From Pseudogymnoascus verrucosus (lineage: Eukaryota), in assembly GCA_001662655.1 (NCBI GenBank), contig KV460251.1: a stretch of DNA of 64,000 nucleotides, one strand, 5' to 3'. The position numbers were made by a program, and so were the translations under genes. Of the stretch, positions 44,477-55,616 are shown in pieces (position 1 is the stretch's first letter; each line of letters begins with the position of its first letter). The notes under the pieces are model-generated. The model was not told the DNA's origin, ran no database searches, and saw only the letters and a list, made by a program, of their open reading frames with translations.

Positions 44477-46628
44477 TTAGTCCACCTTTCCATTTCCACC
44501 GCCCCCCAACAAACCAAGGTTCTTCTCGTCGTCGAGGCGGAAGAACCCTCCACGTGATCTCCTCTTCTTGCGTCCCAATCCGACGGCTGCTAGTATAATT
44601 GCAACGACCAGTCCGATGGTCAGTATTGGGTGCGATCCCGCGCCGCGGCGGATGTCAAAGAAGACTTTTGAGAAATTCGAGATGGTGTACTTCGGCTTGA
44701 TTTTGGGAGGCGACGTGATCACCTTGGGGATAGTCTCCAAAATGGACGTGCGAGATGCGAGGATAGAGTTGCCGTTAATAGTAGTATCCCAGTAGCGTCG
44801 GTTCTGTGAACAGTTAGTATGGTCGGTGAGTCGATATGGTAATGCTTACATCTTCATCATTAATAATAACCCTCTCCCCATCCGCGATATTGATCCCATA
44901 AGTCGTTCGAATCCATCTCTCCCAAAATACACCATCAACCCACGCAAAGGTAACTTCCTTGCGCTCCGATTTGGTCATATCGATGCGAATGCTCTTCGCT
45001 GCCCTGACTGCACGTTGGTCGTCCTTTGCCTCGGCCTCCTTGATGCGGAGTTCCTTGGCATCTCTGAATTCCTGGCGCTCTAGCTGGAACATTTGAATCT
45101 GCTTATCCATCCACTCCATAGCCGCGGACTTGAGCTCGTTTTTGGCGGCCTTAAACTCGTCCTGACGCTCTCGTGTGAGGACGGCCAGGACGACAAGCTT
45201 GCCGTCCATAATTTCACGTGCGTTTCCCGGAAGCAGCTCAGGCACAATGGGGAGCCAGACAGACTGCATCCACTTCAGGACTCCACGATAATCGCGCATG
45301 TCGTCCGGTGCAAGGGCAGTGTAGTAAGTTGGGCGGCCATCTCTCGACACCAACAGTCGCGGCCAGGATGTGATCTTGTATCGTTCATACATTTCTGGAT
45401 CTTTGGTCTTTACCAACGTTGCCTGGCCGATTAAGCTCAGAATGACTCGGTCGAGAGCATCAAAATCCTCGCTGGTTGTGGCATGGTCATAAAAGTAGAC
45501 AAAAATGACCTCCTCCGTCTTTTCCAAGGTTTTAAATTCGGCGGCAGTGACATCCATAACGCCTTCATCGATCCCAGTTGCGCTGCCTGCCCACCTGGTC
45601 AAATCTCCAAGGCCTCTCAGTCCATCGTAATCGACCCGTTCACCACCGCTAAAGAAAGCCAGAGTCGGGAATCCAATTACTTTCGCTTCGTTGCAAAGCG
45701 CCTTGTGCTCCACACAATTAACCTCGCCAATGTTCAGCTTGCCCTCCATTTCCTTCGCCAGCTCCAACCAGATCGGCGCAAGGGTTTGGCAGTGGTGGCA
45801 CCAAGGAGCGTAGAACTTGACGAACCATGAGTCCTGCGACAGTGTAACCTGCGTATGGAAACTCTCGGGAGTAAATGAGACGGACGCCCCATGGGGGTTT
45901 GCAGGGGTTGAGGGGATTTTGTTGGACTTTGGTGGTTTGGGAGGGGTCGACGGCGCGATCGCATTTGTTTTTGCTGTAGCCGTTGGCTTCGGAGCAGCCG
46001 CAGAAGTGCTGAGTCCCTCGACACTCTTTGCTCCTGCTTCTGGCCATACTGGTCCATCCTTCACGCGGGATCCCGGCCTGATGGTCTCCAGTGTCTTTTC
46101 AATGAACTGCCCAATAGTTTCAACGCTTATTGGTGGCATATCCGACTTTCTGATATACTCATCCACCTCCTTCCCATCCTTGAATATTTTAATAACGGGA
46201 AACCCATCAACGCCGTACTTGAGACAGCTGTCTCCATAGGCTAAACAATTGACACTGGCAAAGTCGAAACCGTAGTAATGGTGGAAATCATTAAGACTCT
46301 CCTTTGTTTCTGTAGTCGTCGACGGCACAGGCTTCGAAGTCCAATAATATTCGTAAATGGTCTTCCATGCTGGAGCCATCGCTTGGCAGTGGTGGCATGC
46401 TGGAGAATAGAACTTGACAGCCGTGTATCCATTCTGGATCAACTCGTCCAGCACCTTATCCCCGACTTCCTTTAATTCCGGTACCTTCTGGTCATTGAAA
46501 GTTGTGTATGTTTCGTCGGCTTGGGAGTCGCCCGCATCTTTGGACACATCTGCCTTTGTATCCGCAGCTCTTACCAACGTGGCAAGAGCTCCTACCACTA
46601 GCAGCGAGGTCGACGAGAGGAATCGCAT
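44477..46628 (-). CDS. EPS1: Membrane-anchored protein disulfide isomerase-like protein (Eps1-like)
   Basis: Signal peptide, two thioredoxin domains (FYSPACHHC, FYAPWCHHC), FAWVDGVFWERW, C-terminal TM helix followed by a basic tail; one intron ~44803-44850. Confidence 0.85.
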
Positions 46629-47151
46629 ATTGTAGTCGTACCGCTCGCGCGCGCCCAAGCTGTGTTATTATAGAGAGAAGCCTGCAGTTCGATTGCGAGG
46701 CCCACAGGCGCGTGGGTAGCGTGAATGCGACTTCCGTTTGCTGATGGCGGGAAGCTCTTCGTTTCAATTATGTCGATCGATTCGGAGATACCCTGGCGAC
46801 TGTGCTGGGCAGATTATGCGACAGTACAGGTTCAGAAGAAAGAGGAACCTAGTAGTTCTTCAAGCACATGGCAACAAAGGAGAGAAAAGAGCGATCGGCA
46901 TCGTCGTTGGAAGGATTATGCCACTGGGGTTGGCTGTTACCACATTGCGCCCCTGGCACTCACGAGAGATTGTGGATAAGCGAAAGCTAAATCTGGACTG
47001 GGCCTCACGAACGTCACGCAAGCCACAGTCTTGCACCGCGCCACAGCAACGTCAATCGTAACTGTGCATACAAAATTAAAGGTGAGACATTGAGTGACGA
47101 GACAATAACCAAGGGTTGTCTCAGGAACTTTCTACTGCAAAAACCTTCGGT

Positions 47152-49107
47152 ATGCCGCTCAGCGGCCAGTCAGAAGATGCCACGGGTGGTGATGAGCCTC
47201 CCAGGAAGAGAGCGAGAACGACAGGTGCTCTTGAGGAAGGGTCTACTCTCAGTTCTTTACGCGCTTCAATCTCACCTCCGAGGCCAAGGATTACTCAAAG
47301 TCGGGAAAGTTCCAATGGCACGCCTCGTCAGGATGAGCCTGAAATTGCCCCTGGTTCACTTATATCATCGCCCTTCCAGTTGACGAGGATCAGAGATTCT
47401 CCGGGCTCGCTGAACAATGGCAGCGTCTCATTGGGGACGATAGTTTGTGACCCCATGATACGTGAAATGTGGCAGTTCAACTATATGCATGACCTGGACT
47501 TTCTGATGAGCAATATGGACCCGGATACGAAGGATATGGTGAAAATCCATGTTGTCCACGGGTATTGGAAGAAGGAGTCTGGTCTTCACATGAAGGTAAG
47601 CCTTTTATTGTTTTATTATATGCCCATCGTGTGCAGTCATATAGTCACTATTCGTGTAGGCCTCCGGATTATTTCTTTGCTTGCCGATTTTTCTATCTCA
47701 GAGTCCAAGTTTAATTGGACTTGGCTCCTGGCGGGAGAAGTTAGGTTTGACATGATTACAGAGCCAAGCACTGCAATATCCCAATGTTCATCTTCGCTGT
47801 GCATATATGCCAGAGATATTTGGTACTCGTAAGTGCCGTGCCATAGTCCCTCTATTTTCTCAGCCTAACATCAACTAGACCATACCAAGATGATGGTTTT
47901 ACTCCGGCATGATGACCAAGCCCAAATAATCATTCACACAGCCAACATGATCCCTCAGGACTGGGCCAACCTGAGCCAAGCTGCATGGACAAGCCCTCTT
48001 CTACCCCTACTTCCTGCGGAGAAATTGGCAGATCAAGCTCTGGCTCGAGGCTCAAACACGGCTTCATACGGGTCTGGCCTAAGATTCAAGCTGGACTTCT
48101 TGGGTTATCTGAAAGCGTATGATAGCCGCCGTACAATTTGCAGGCCCCTGATAGAAGAGTTATTGAAGTACGATTTCTCTTCCATCCGCGGCGCCCTTGT
48201 TGGGCACGTTCCAGGCCGTCATCATGTGGAGAGCGACAACCCAACTCTCTTTGGCTGGTCAGCAATACGCGCGATACTGAATACCATTCCCGCCCATAAT
48301 GGCGACAAACCCGAAGTCGTTGCCCAAGTCTCCTCCATTGCCACTCTCGGCGTCACCGACCAGTGGCTCCAGAAAACGCTGTTCGCAGCCCTCGCCGCAT
48401 CATCGAATAGCCAGAGCAAAACTCCCAAGCTCGGCATTGTCTTTCCCACCCCAGATGAAATCAGGAAGTCACTTGATGGCTACAATTCCGGTGGCTCGAT
48501 CCACGTTAAAATACAGACAGCCGCGCAGGCAAAGCAGCTCCAGTACCTCAAACCCCTCTTCTACCACTGGTCGGGTGAAAACCGCCCTGTGGCACCGCCA
48601 TCCACCTCGGCCGCGGCACCCAGTACAGTAGCTAGCACAGTGCGAGAAGCTTGGCAGAACCGCGCGGGGCCCAGTACAGTGGCTAGCACACCCAGTACAG
48701 TAGCTAACACAGTGCGAGAAGCTGGGCGGAATCGTGCGGCACCCCATATCAAAACCTATATCCGGTTCGCCGATGAAGCTAAAACGCGCATCGACTGGGC
48801 GCTTGTTACATCCGCGAACCTGTCGAAGCAGGCGTGGGGCGAGGGGCTTAACGCGGCTGGCGATGTGAGGATTTGTAGCTACGAGTTAGGCGTGCTGGTG
48901 TCACCGAGCATGTACGCGGAGGATGCGGTAATGGTGCCTACATTTCAAACGGATGTGCCAAAGGAAGCGGTGGATGGGAAGATAACTATTGGGTTCAGGA
49001 TGCCTTATGATTTGCCGCTTGTTAGATACGGCGCGGATGAAGAACCTTGGTGTGCTACGAAGGCATATGAGGAGCTGGACTGGATGGGAAGGTCGTATGG
49101 GGTGTAG
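47152..49107 (+). CDS. TDP1: Tyrosyl-DNA phosphodiesterase 1
   Basis: SPFQLTRI, WQFNYMHDLDFL, FGTH|HTKMM (first HxK, split by an intron), IIIHTANMIPQDW, PHIKTY (second HxK), TSANLSKQAWG, SYELGVL, PYDLPL. Confidence 0.95.
48618..48725 (+). repeat. Internal in-frame tandem duplication in TDP1
   Basis: CCCAGTACAGT(A/G)GCTA x3 and CACAGTGCGAGAAGCT x2, encoding PSTVASTVREA / PSTVAST / PSTVANTVREA. Confidence 0.85.
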
Positions 49108-49342
49108 GGGGTTGGGGTTTCAGGAGTTGCTGGTGCGGTTTGGGCTGGACTTAGATACCACGGATACAGATTATAGAGCTGAAGGGCTGCAGCTGGAGCA
49201 TATAATACCACGCTCTCGACACTTCTCACAGATCCCATCTTCGCTTCAATAATCATGTATTGTGCAGTCCTCGCGGTTCAAGCTTAAGCCTCCCCTATGT
49301 GTATCTCTCGCATCATAAGTAGCTACATCAACCATCGTCCGC

Positions 49343-49745
49343 TCATTTCCCGCCAACGGCCTCAGGGACCTTGTTCTCATCGAACTTGTAAAGCACCTTC
49401 AGCTGCTCGATAAGCGCAATGTACTTCTCCTGAGCCTGCTCTGGGGTCACGCCCTCATCGACAACCTTCTGCCACGCGCGCTTCTTCGCCTTGCCCTTGA
49501 GGTCGAAGACGCCGGGGGCCTCGGACTTCTCGATCGGGGGGTCTTGGGTGGCTTGCTTGTAAAGACCGTACATTTCCTGTGTGTGTTAGCTAGTGCTTTT
49601 CCTGGGAGTATATCGACGGAGCAGTATGGAAGACGGATGAGGAGTGGTGACATACAAGGAGATGGTCGTTGCTGGGCTTCTCGACGAGCTTCTTGCTGTC
49701 CACGACGGCCTGGTTGAAGGCGGGGCTGAGAGTGACGCCTGACAT
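49343..49745 (-). CDS. ACB1: Acyl-CoA-binding protein
   Basis: FNQAVVDSKKL.EKPSNDHLL|EMYGLYKQAT, PGVFDLKGKAKKRAW, AQEKYIALIEQLK; one intron. Confidence 0.94.
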
Positions 49746-50815
49746 TTTGAAGTTCTGGTGCGATGTATTCTGTAGACTGTCAGCTTTTCCTGGAAACTCT
49801 AGCAGCTTATGCTTCGTTTCATCTTACTTGGATTTTAGGAGTAATAGTATGTAGTTTGTTGGGGTATGCAGAATCAAGAGTTGCAACCTCGGAGCGGTGG
49901 ATGGTGGGGTGCTGATATCCGGCTTGATGTGGTTAGACCGGCAGGGGCGGGGTGGTATTGTTGAGCGGTGGACAGATTTAGGTTGGCGGTCTGACGACAT
50001 GTGAGAATAGACACCATCAACACGAACAAAATGGAGGAAATCAAGGTAAGGGATATGTCCAGGACAGGCCTTTCATTGATATTTGTCGTATGAAATGTTT
50101 TCACTTCTCAATTTGCGGTTTCTGTATAAAACAATTTCCATCAATTATTTTTTATTGTTTTCATTATTATTCGGTTTCTTTGCGTGTGAAGAATTTATCA
50201 TCCCAAGTAAATCAAAGGTAATGAAAGGTTCCACATATGTCTCCTTTCTGTCTTTGATTCAATATAATTAATCGTCAAAGATACAATTGAACATTCTGGT
50301 GTCACCGTTTGTCCGTGGAGAGGCTTTTGTGGACATTTCTGGATCCTTGTTGACATCGTGGTTCCTCACATCTTGAGATACTGGGAGGGCATTCCGTTGC
50401 TATTACAAGCATATGAAATCACGGACACACATATAGTTTGATTTCAAGGCCTCGCGATAGTCGCTCTTTCCCTTTATTTCCTTTATTAGTGAAAAACAAA
50501 TCTCATTCCGAAGCTGCTCTCGATATTTTCTGAACTCTTCCACTGGTCCCCTCTACGTTTACACCAGCACGCATCAACCTTCCTGTGTGTCGACCTCCCG
50601 TCAACCTAAAGTGAGTCTATTGGTTGTTATTTTGTTACCTGACGGTTGTTGTTTACATCCTCTACACGCGTCTTCTCCTCTGGCCACGTACGCGGACACC
50701 AAATACTCCAGATCTCGACCTGAGGTCTGCGTCTGTCGTCTCTTTAAGCCCCCCAATGCAACCTACACTCAACCTTCTGCCGTTTCCTACAAATTCTCAT
50801 CTTATACTCTAATGC

Positions 50816-51456
50816 GTGAGTGTAAATAGGAGCTTGTCACCTTTTCCCTCCTTATTCACCATCATATGTGAGTACAAATACCTTTCTATCCTCCTTGACT
50901 CTCGTTCTTCTTTCGTCATCATCAACTCCAAAATCTGGGTATAAAATACCCTTCTTTTATCCGTAATCCTCATCCTTCTTCATCAACAACAAACATCAGC
51001 ACCAAGGTTTCACAGGGCCAGCTTCTGACCTACCAAGCCAGCCATTCTTGAACAGTACTTGATCATTTCAACTATCCGTTCCGGGTGAGCCACTTTCTCT
51101 TTTCTCAATCAATATCACCAGTTACTGGGTATAAAACCTCATCTTTGGTTGTTGACCCTTCATCTTCCTTCCAAACACATCAACCAACAACTTCAAAGCT
51201 ACCAATTCGTGAGTATAAAAGCTCATCTTTCGTCCTTTACCCTTCTTCCTCCTTCCACATCAATCACCAATAACATCGTGCCTTCGTTGGACTGACTTCT
51301 CTTCCAAAGCCTATTTTCTTCAACCGCACTTTACCACGCAAAATATCCGTTCCAGGTAAGCCAATTGCTCATTTCAAGTCCAGAATTGCTTCATTAAAAT
51401 CCCCATTTCAGCATTGGTTCATTTCACTCAGTTTATGCGCCGAGCTGACTTCTCAG
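50816..51456 (+). promoter_or_regulatory. Argonaute upstream region made of repeated TATA-like modules, with a 5'-UTR intron (51356-51456)
   Basis: GTGAGTGTAAATA 50816, GTGAGTACAAATA 50868, CTGGGTATAAAA 50935 and 51125, GTGAGTATAAAA 51209, each followed by a pyrimidine tract and CATCA. TATCCGTTCCRGGTRAGCCA at 51073 and 51344. Confidence 0.6.
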
Positions 51457-51490
51457 CCCAGATCAATTTTAGTCACAACATCAAGACACA

Positions 51491-54400
51491 ATGTCGGGCT
51501 ACAATGATCGAGGCGGAAACCGCGATCGAGGCGGAAACCAAGATCGAGGTGGATACCGTGATCGCGGAGGGTATCAAGACCGTGGTGGGAGGGATCATCA
51601 GCGCCGTGATAGATCCAGATCACCTGGGCGTGATGAGGCCCCACGTGAAGATCGGTTCCGAGAGCCTCGTAAGCCTATGTCACCCCAGCTATTGCTTGTA
51701 ACTGACCTGAAAAAAGGTGGAGGCGGAGGCAGAGGCAGAGGTGGTTACCAAGGAAACACCCCAGGAGATGCTCCGCGATCAAACCTTCCCCCGTTACCAA
51801 ACGATGTCCCTATCCCTGAGGGCGCTCGACAAGTACCTTATCCAGACCTCCAAGTTCGAGGCACGGTTGGCGAAAAAGTCATGGTGCAGGTGAATCATCA
51901 CACTATTGAGTCTCTTCCAACAAAAGCTATATACCAGTACGTTTACCACTGCATCCATGAATTTTCTAGTACTAACATGCCCCTCAAGATATGAATTTCG
52001 TTTCCGTGTACCGGAAGACTCCCAGCTCAAAGGCAGCGACAAAGTGAGCACGCAACAGCTCGCGCGTGTCCTGATGACAAAGGCAGTGACCACATTTCTC
52101 AAGGAAGACTTTGTGTTTGATGGAGTGAGCCTTGGGTGGTCACCACATATAATCGTTCCGGTGGGGGCGGCAGAGACTAACGTCGTCGAGTTGGAGAAGC
52201 GCCGAGACGGCAAGCCAAACTCAGTCGAGGTATCAGTGAGAAGCACCGGGGTTCTCCCAATTGGAACTCTCGTCAACTATATTCAAAATGGAAAGTTCGA
52301 ATTGAACCCGGCCGGAAATGAGAGCATCGAAAACATTCTGAAATGGATTCAGGCGGTTTTTCGGAAGGATCCCGCAACTCGCTTCATTACCAGACCTAAC
52401 TCGAACGCCTACTTCGACCGCTCGCCCGAGACAACAATGATGCTTCGATCCACCAAAAATGTTCTTGAGGCACGCCGCGGCGTGTTTCAATCCATGCAAC
52501 TTCGATTTGGCCGCATTACACTGAACATCGACACAGCTACAACTCCTTTCTGGGTGCCAGGAGTTTGTCTCATCGATACTGCGTGCGCTCTTATGGGAAC
52601 CCAGACCGGTCGGTTGGAAGGAGATTTTCGTTCAAACCCTGAGACGTTCTTCGTTGCCTGCGGCCGACTTCGCGGCAGCTTCTTCAATATCAGACATCTG
52701 ACGTCTGCAAAGAAGGATAAAAAGATCAGGTTGACTGGATTTTCTCAGCGGAATGCCATTGAGTCAACATTTGAGGAGAGAGTTGGCGACGACGAAAGCA
52801 CCACGCAGACGACCTCGGTTTCGGACTACTTTGAGAGAAAGTACGGCATTAAGCTCCAATTCCCCAGGCTTCCTTTGGCGTCAACTCGGTTTGGTGACTT
52901 CCCCCTTGAAGTGTGCTTCAGTGCCGATGGAGAGCGGTACAAGGAGGTCCTTCAAGGCCAAGAGACAGCGGACTTCATAAAGTATGTATTCCACTTCCAT
53001 ATATTTTTCTACAACGCTAACATCATGCCAAAGATTTGCGACCGCTCCTGCATATGAAAGAAAGAACCAGATCCAGCACGGATTGAGGCTGCTTAGCCAC
53101 CACGCTGTCCCTACAATTGCAGCACATGGGTTCAAGGTTAATCCAGAAATGATGAGCGTGAAGGCTCGGGTTTTACCAGCTCCTCGTTTGACATATGGAG
53201 GAAATCGACCAATGACTCCAAGAGATGGCAGATGGAACCTGCGCGGCCTCAGATTTCTTCGGCCATCCACGATTAAGTCTTGGGTTATTGTTTATATTCC
53301 CGCCAGACAACCTCTTGATAATGGCCAGCTTGAGAGGTTCGGAAGCGAGATGGTTCGCTCATTCACTGATTGTGGCATGACGGTCCCCAGAGAAGGTCCT
53401 CCGATCATTGTCGGAAATCCGTTTGGAAATTTGACACAAGTCGTCAAGGATTCCGTTGCGCGCGCGCACAACAGCTTCGGGGTCCCCCCGGATGTTATCT
53501 TTGTCATACTCCAAGGAGCCAGTGTTCCCATATACAAAACTTTGAAAGCCGGGCTTGATGTCCACATGGGAATTGCATCCCAAGTGATGCTTCAAGAGAA
53601 GGCTCTCAGTGGTCGCGGTTCCGCTCAATACTTGGCGAACATCGCCATGAAGGTAAATGTCAAACTCGGCGGGACCAACTGCATCGCGGAGGAACCTCTG
53701 TTTAGATCAGGCCGTTGCATGCTTTTGGGCGGTGACATATCTCATGCCGCTCCAGGAGCGCTTCGATCAGTCAACCCGCCCCCTTCAACTGCAGCACTTG
53801 TGGGCACCTGGGATCGCGAATGCACGGCATATACTGCTGTTGCCAGTGTCCAAGAAAGTCTGCTGGGCTTTATTGGAAATGTGAAGCCTATGATGGCTGA
53901 ACTCCTCAAAAGATATGCGGAAAAAAATAACGGATGTAAGACATATCTCACCCCTTCGCTGAATTACCGCAAAACTAACAGTTGCAGTGTACCCCGAGCA
54001 CATCGTCTACTACCGTGACGGAGTTTCTGAATCAGAATTCCAGGCGATCAAAATCGAAGAGGGCCGTAAGCTGCATGAGCTATCCCAGGAACTCGGGGCC
54101 AACGCAAAGATCACAATCATTGTGGCGATCAAACGCCATCATACCCGCTTCTTCGCCGACAGGGATATTGCCTCGAAGCTCGGAAACGTTCCATGCGGCA
54201 CTGTGGTTGAGAACTCGTCCACGATTAATGATGCGTTCATCATCGCCCAGTAAGTTATACCCCTTAAAGACCCCCTATTTGAAGAATCAGCCACTAACCT
54301 AGTCTACAGCCCAGATCTTCAAGGAACCAAGAGACCGACCCGCTACGTGACCATTATTGATGAGAACAACATGAGTGCCGACGCTTTCCAGCGTCTGACC

Positions 54401-54577
54401 TTCAACCTGTGCTCCTCGTACGCCCGAGCAACGACGTCAGTTGCTGTTTGCCCGCCGGTTTACTATGCCGATCAAGCCTGTGAGCGGGCTCGCCTGCATC
54501 TCGTCGATGCGGAAGACGGGAAGATGAAGCTCGGTCCCGTCCACCAAAACCTTCGTTGGAATATGTATTGGCAGTAA
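51491..54577 (+). CDS. Argonaute protein (RGG-rich N-terminus, N, PAZ, MID, PIWI)
   Basis: DRGG repeats, VQVNH, LNIDTATTPF, SVSDYFERKYGIKLQFP.LP, ARVLPAPRLTY, GRWNL, QYLANIAMKVNVKLGG.N, LGGDISH, YYRDGVSE, KRHHTRFF, QGTKRPTRY, SYARATTSV.VCPPVYYAD.ACER. Five coding introns. Confidence 0.96.
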
Positions 54578-55167
54578 AGTGCCAGGGCGAAATTCTCGGC
54601 GAGATTCGCATTCAAAAGCTGGAACGTGTACGACTATCTAATATTGCCCCTGGCTGCCTGGCTCAAATCTCCCCCACTCTCAGCGACGCTTCTTCCGCGC
54701 CTCTGTTGTTGGAGATTGGGCTATTAACATTTTTTTTCTCCCCGTCGGGCGCTTACCATCGGGTCTATTTACGGCTTCTCCTCGGCCTCCAAGACGAGGT
54801 TTTATTATGATAATGACTGACGGCTTTTTCATCACGCACGACGCTAAGAATGATAGTTTTCGCATATTCGGCAACCAAATATCAATAGGAGGACTTCGGC
54901 TTCTGACATTCGCGTTTGCTTCTTTAAGTTCCAATAAATATCAGATCCAATTATGGACACCAAACCTCGGTTTTCTTTGTAATGTGATTTTGAATGTGAC
55001 TGCGAAACTAATATTTTATTCTTTGGCAATGGCTTTAGAACGATATCTGCTAGCATGACATTCGCAAGGAGGGACTTGAATATACAATCTCGTATGAACC
55101 CTAGCCTCTGCTCCCCATTTGGTCTATTCGTGTGCTGTTATCACCACGTTCTTGTCACTACGTTCTG

Positions 55168-55420
55168 TCACTTGCCACTGGCAGCGTCGAGCTCGCCCAT
55201 GCCTCCCTCCATATCCTTCTCATGCGCCTCCAACGCAGCCATTTGGTCATCAGCCGCATTACGGAGCCGATCGTTATTTTCATGGAGGATATTGACTGAC
55301 GTCCAGCATCTCCTCTTCCTTGAGCCTGATGGTCTCCTTATTCTCACCAAGCGTTGTCGGTAGAATCACCTTCTCGTTGCGAAAAGTAGCGATAGTGCTC
55401 AGGCCGAGTTCTACCAACCA
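55168..55420 (-). pseudogene. Frameshifted coiled-coil-like ORF remnant
   Basis: ..FRNEKVILPTTLGENKETIRLKEEEMLDV shifts frame into VNILHENNDRLRNAADDQMAALEAHEKDMEGGMGELDAASGK*. No clean start codon. Confidence 0.35.
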
Positions 55421-55616
55421 CCAAGCAAACTCTCTATAGGCACTTTAGGGCAGCAGGAGTACTCATGCGCGTGAACTAAAAAAATATGAAATGTCATTAT
55501 CTTCTATCTTCCCTTTTTGACCCCGCCGTGCCCCACAAGACAGGAACTGCCACAGGCAGACAAATCAAACAGTATACCTTCCTACTCTACTATTTATACT
55601 CCCTCGCCCCACAAAT

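Noticed and set aside
47152..54577. TDP1-ACBP-Argonaute as a functional nuclease/Argonaute defence operon
   Set aside because: TDP1 and ACBP are ordinary housekeeping genes with separate promoters. Adjacency in a compact fungal genome is not evidence of a shared system.
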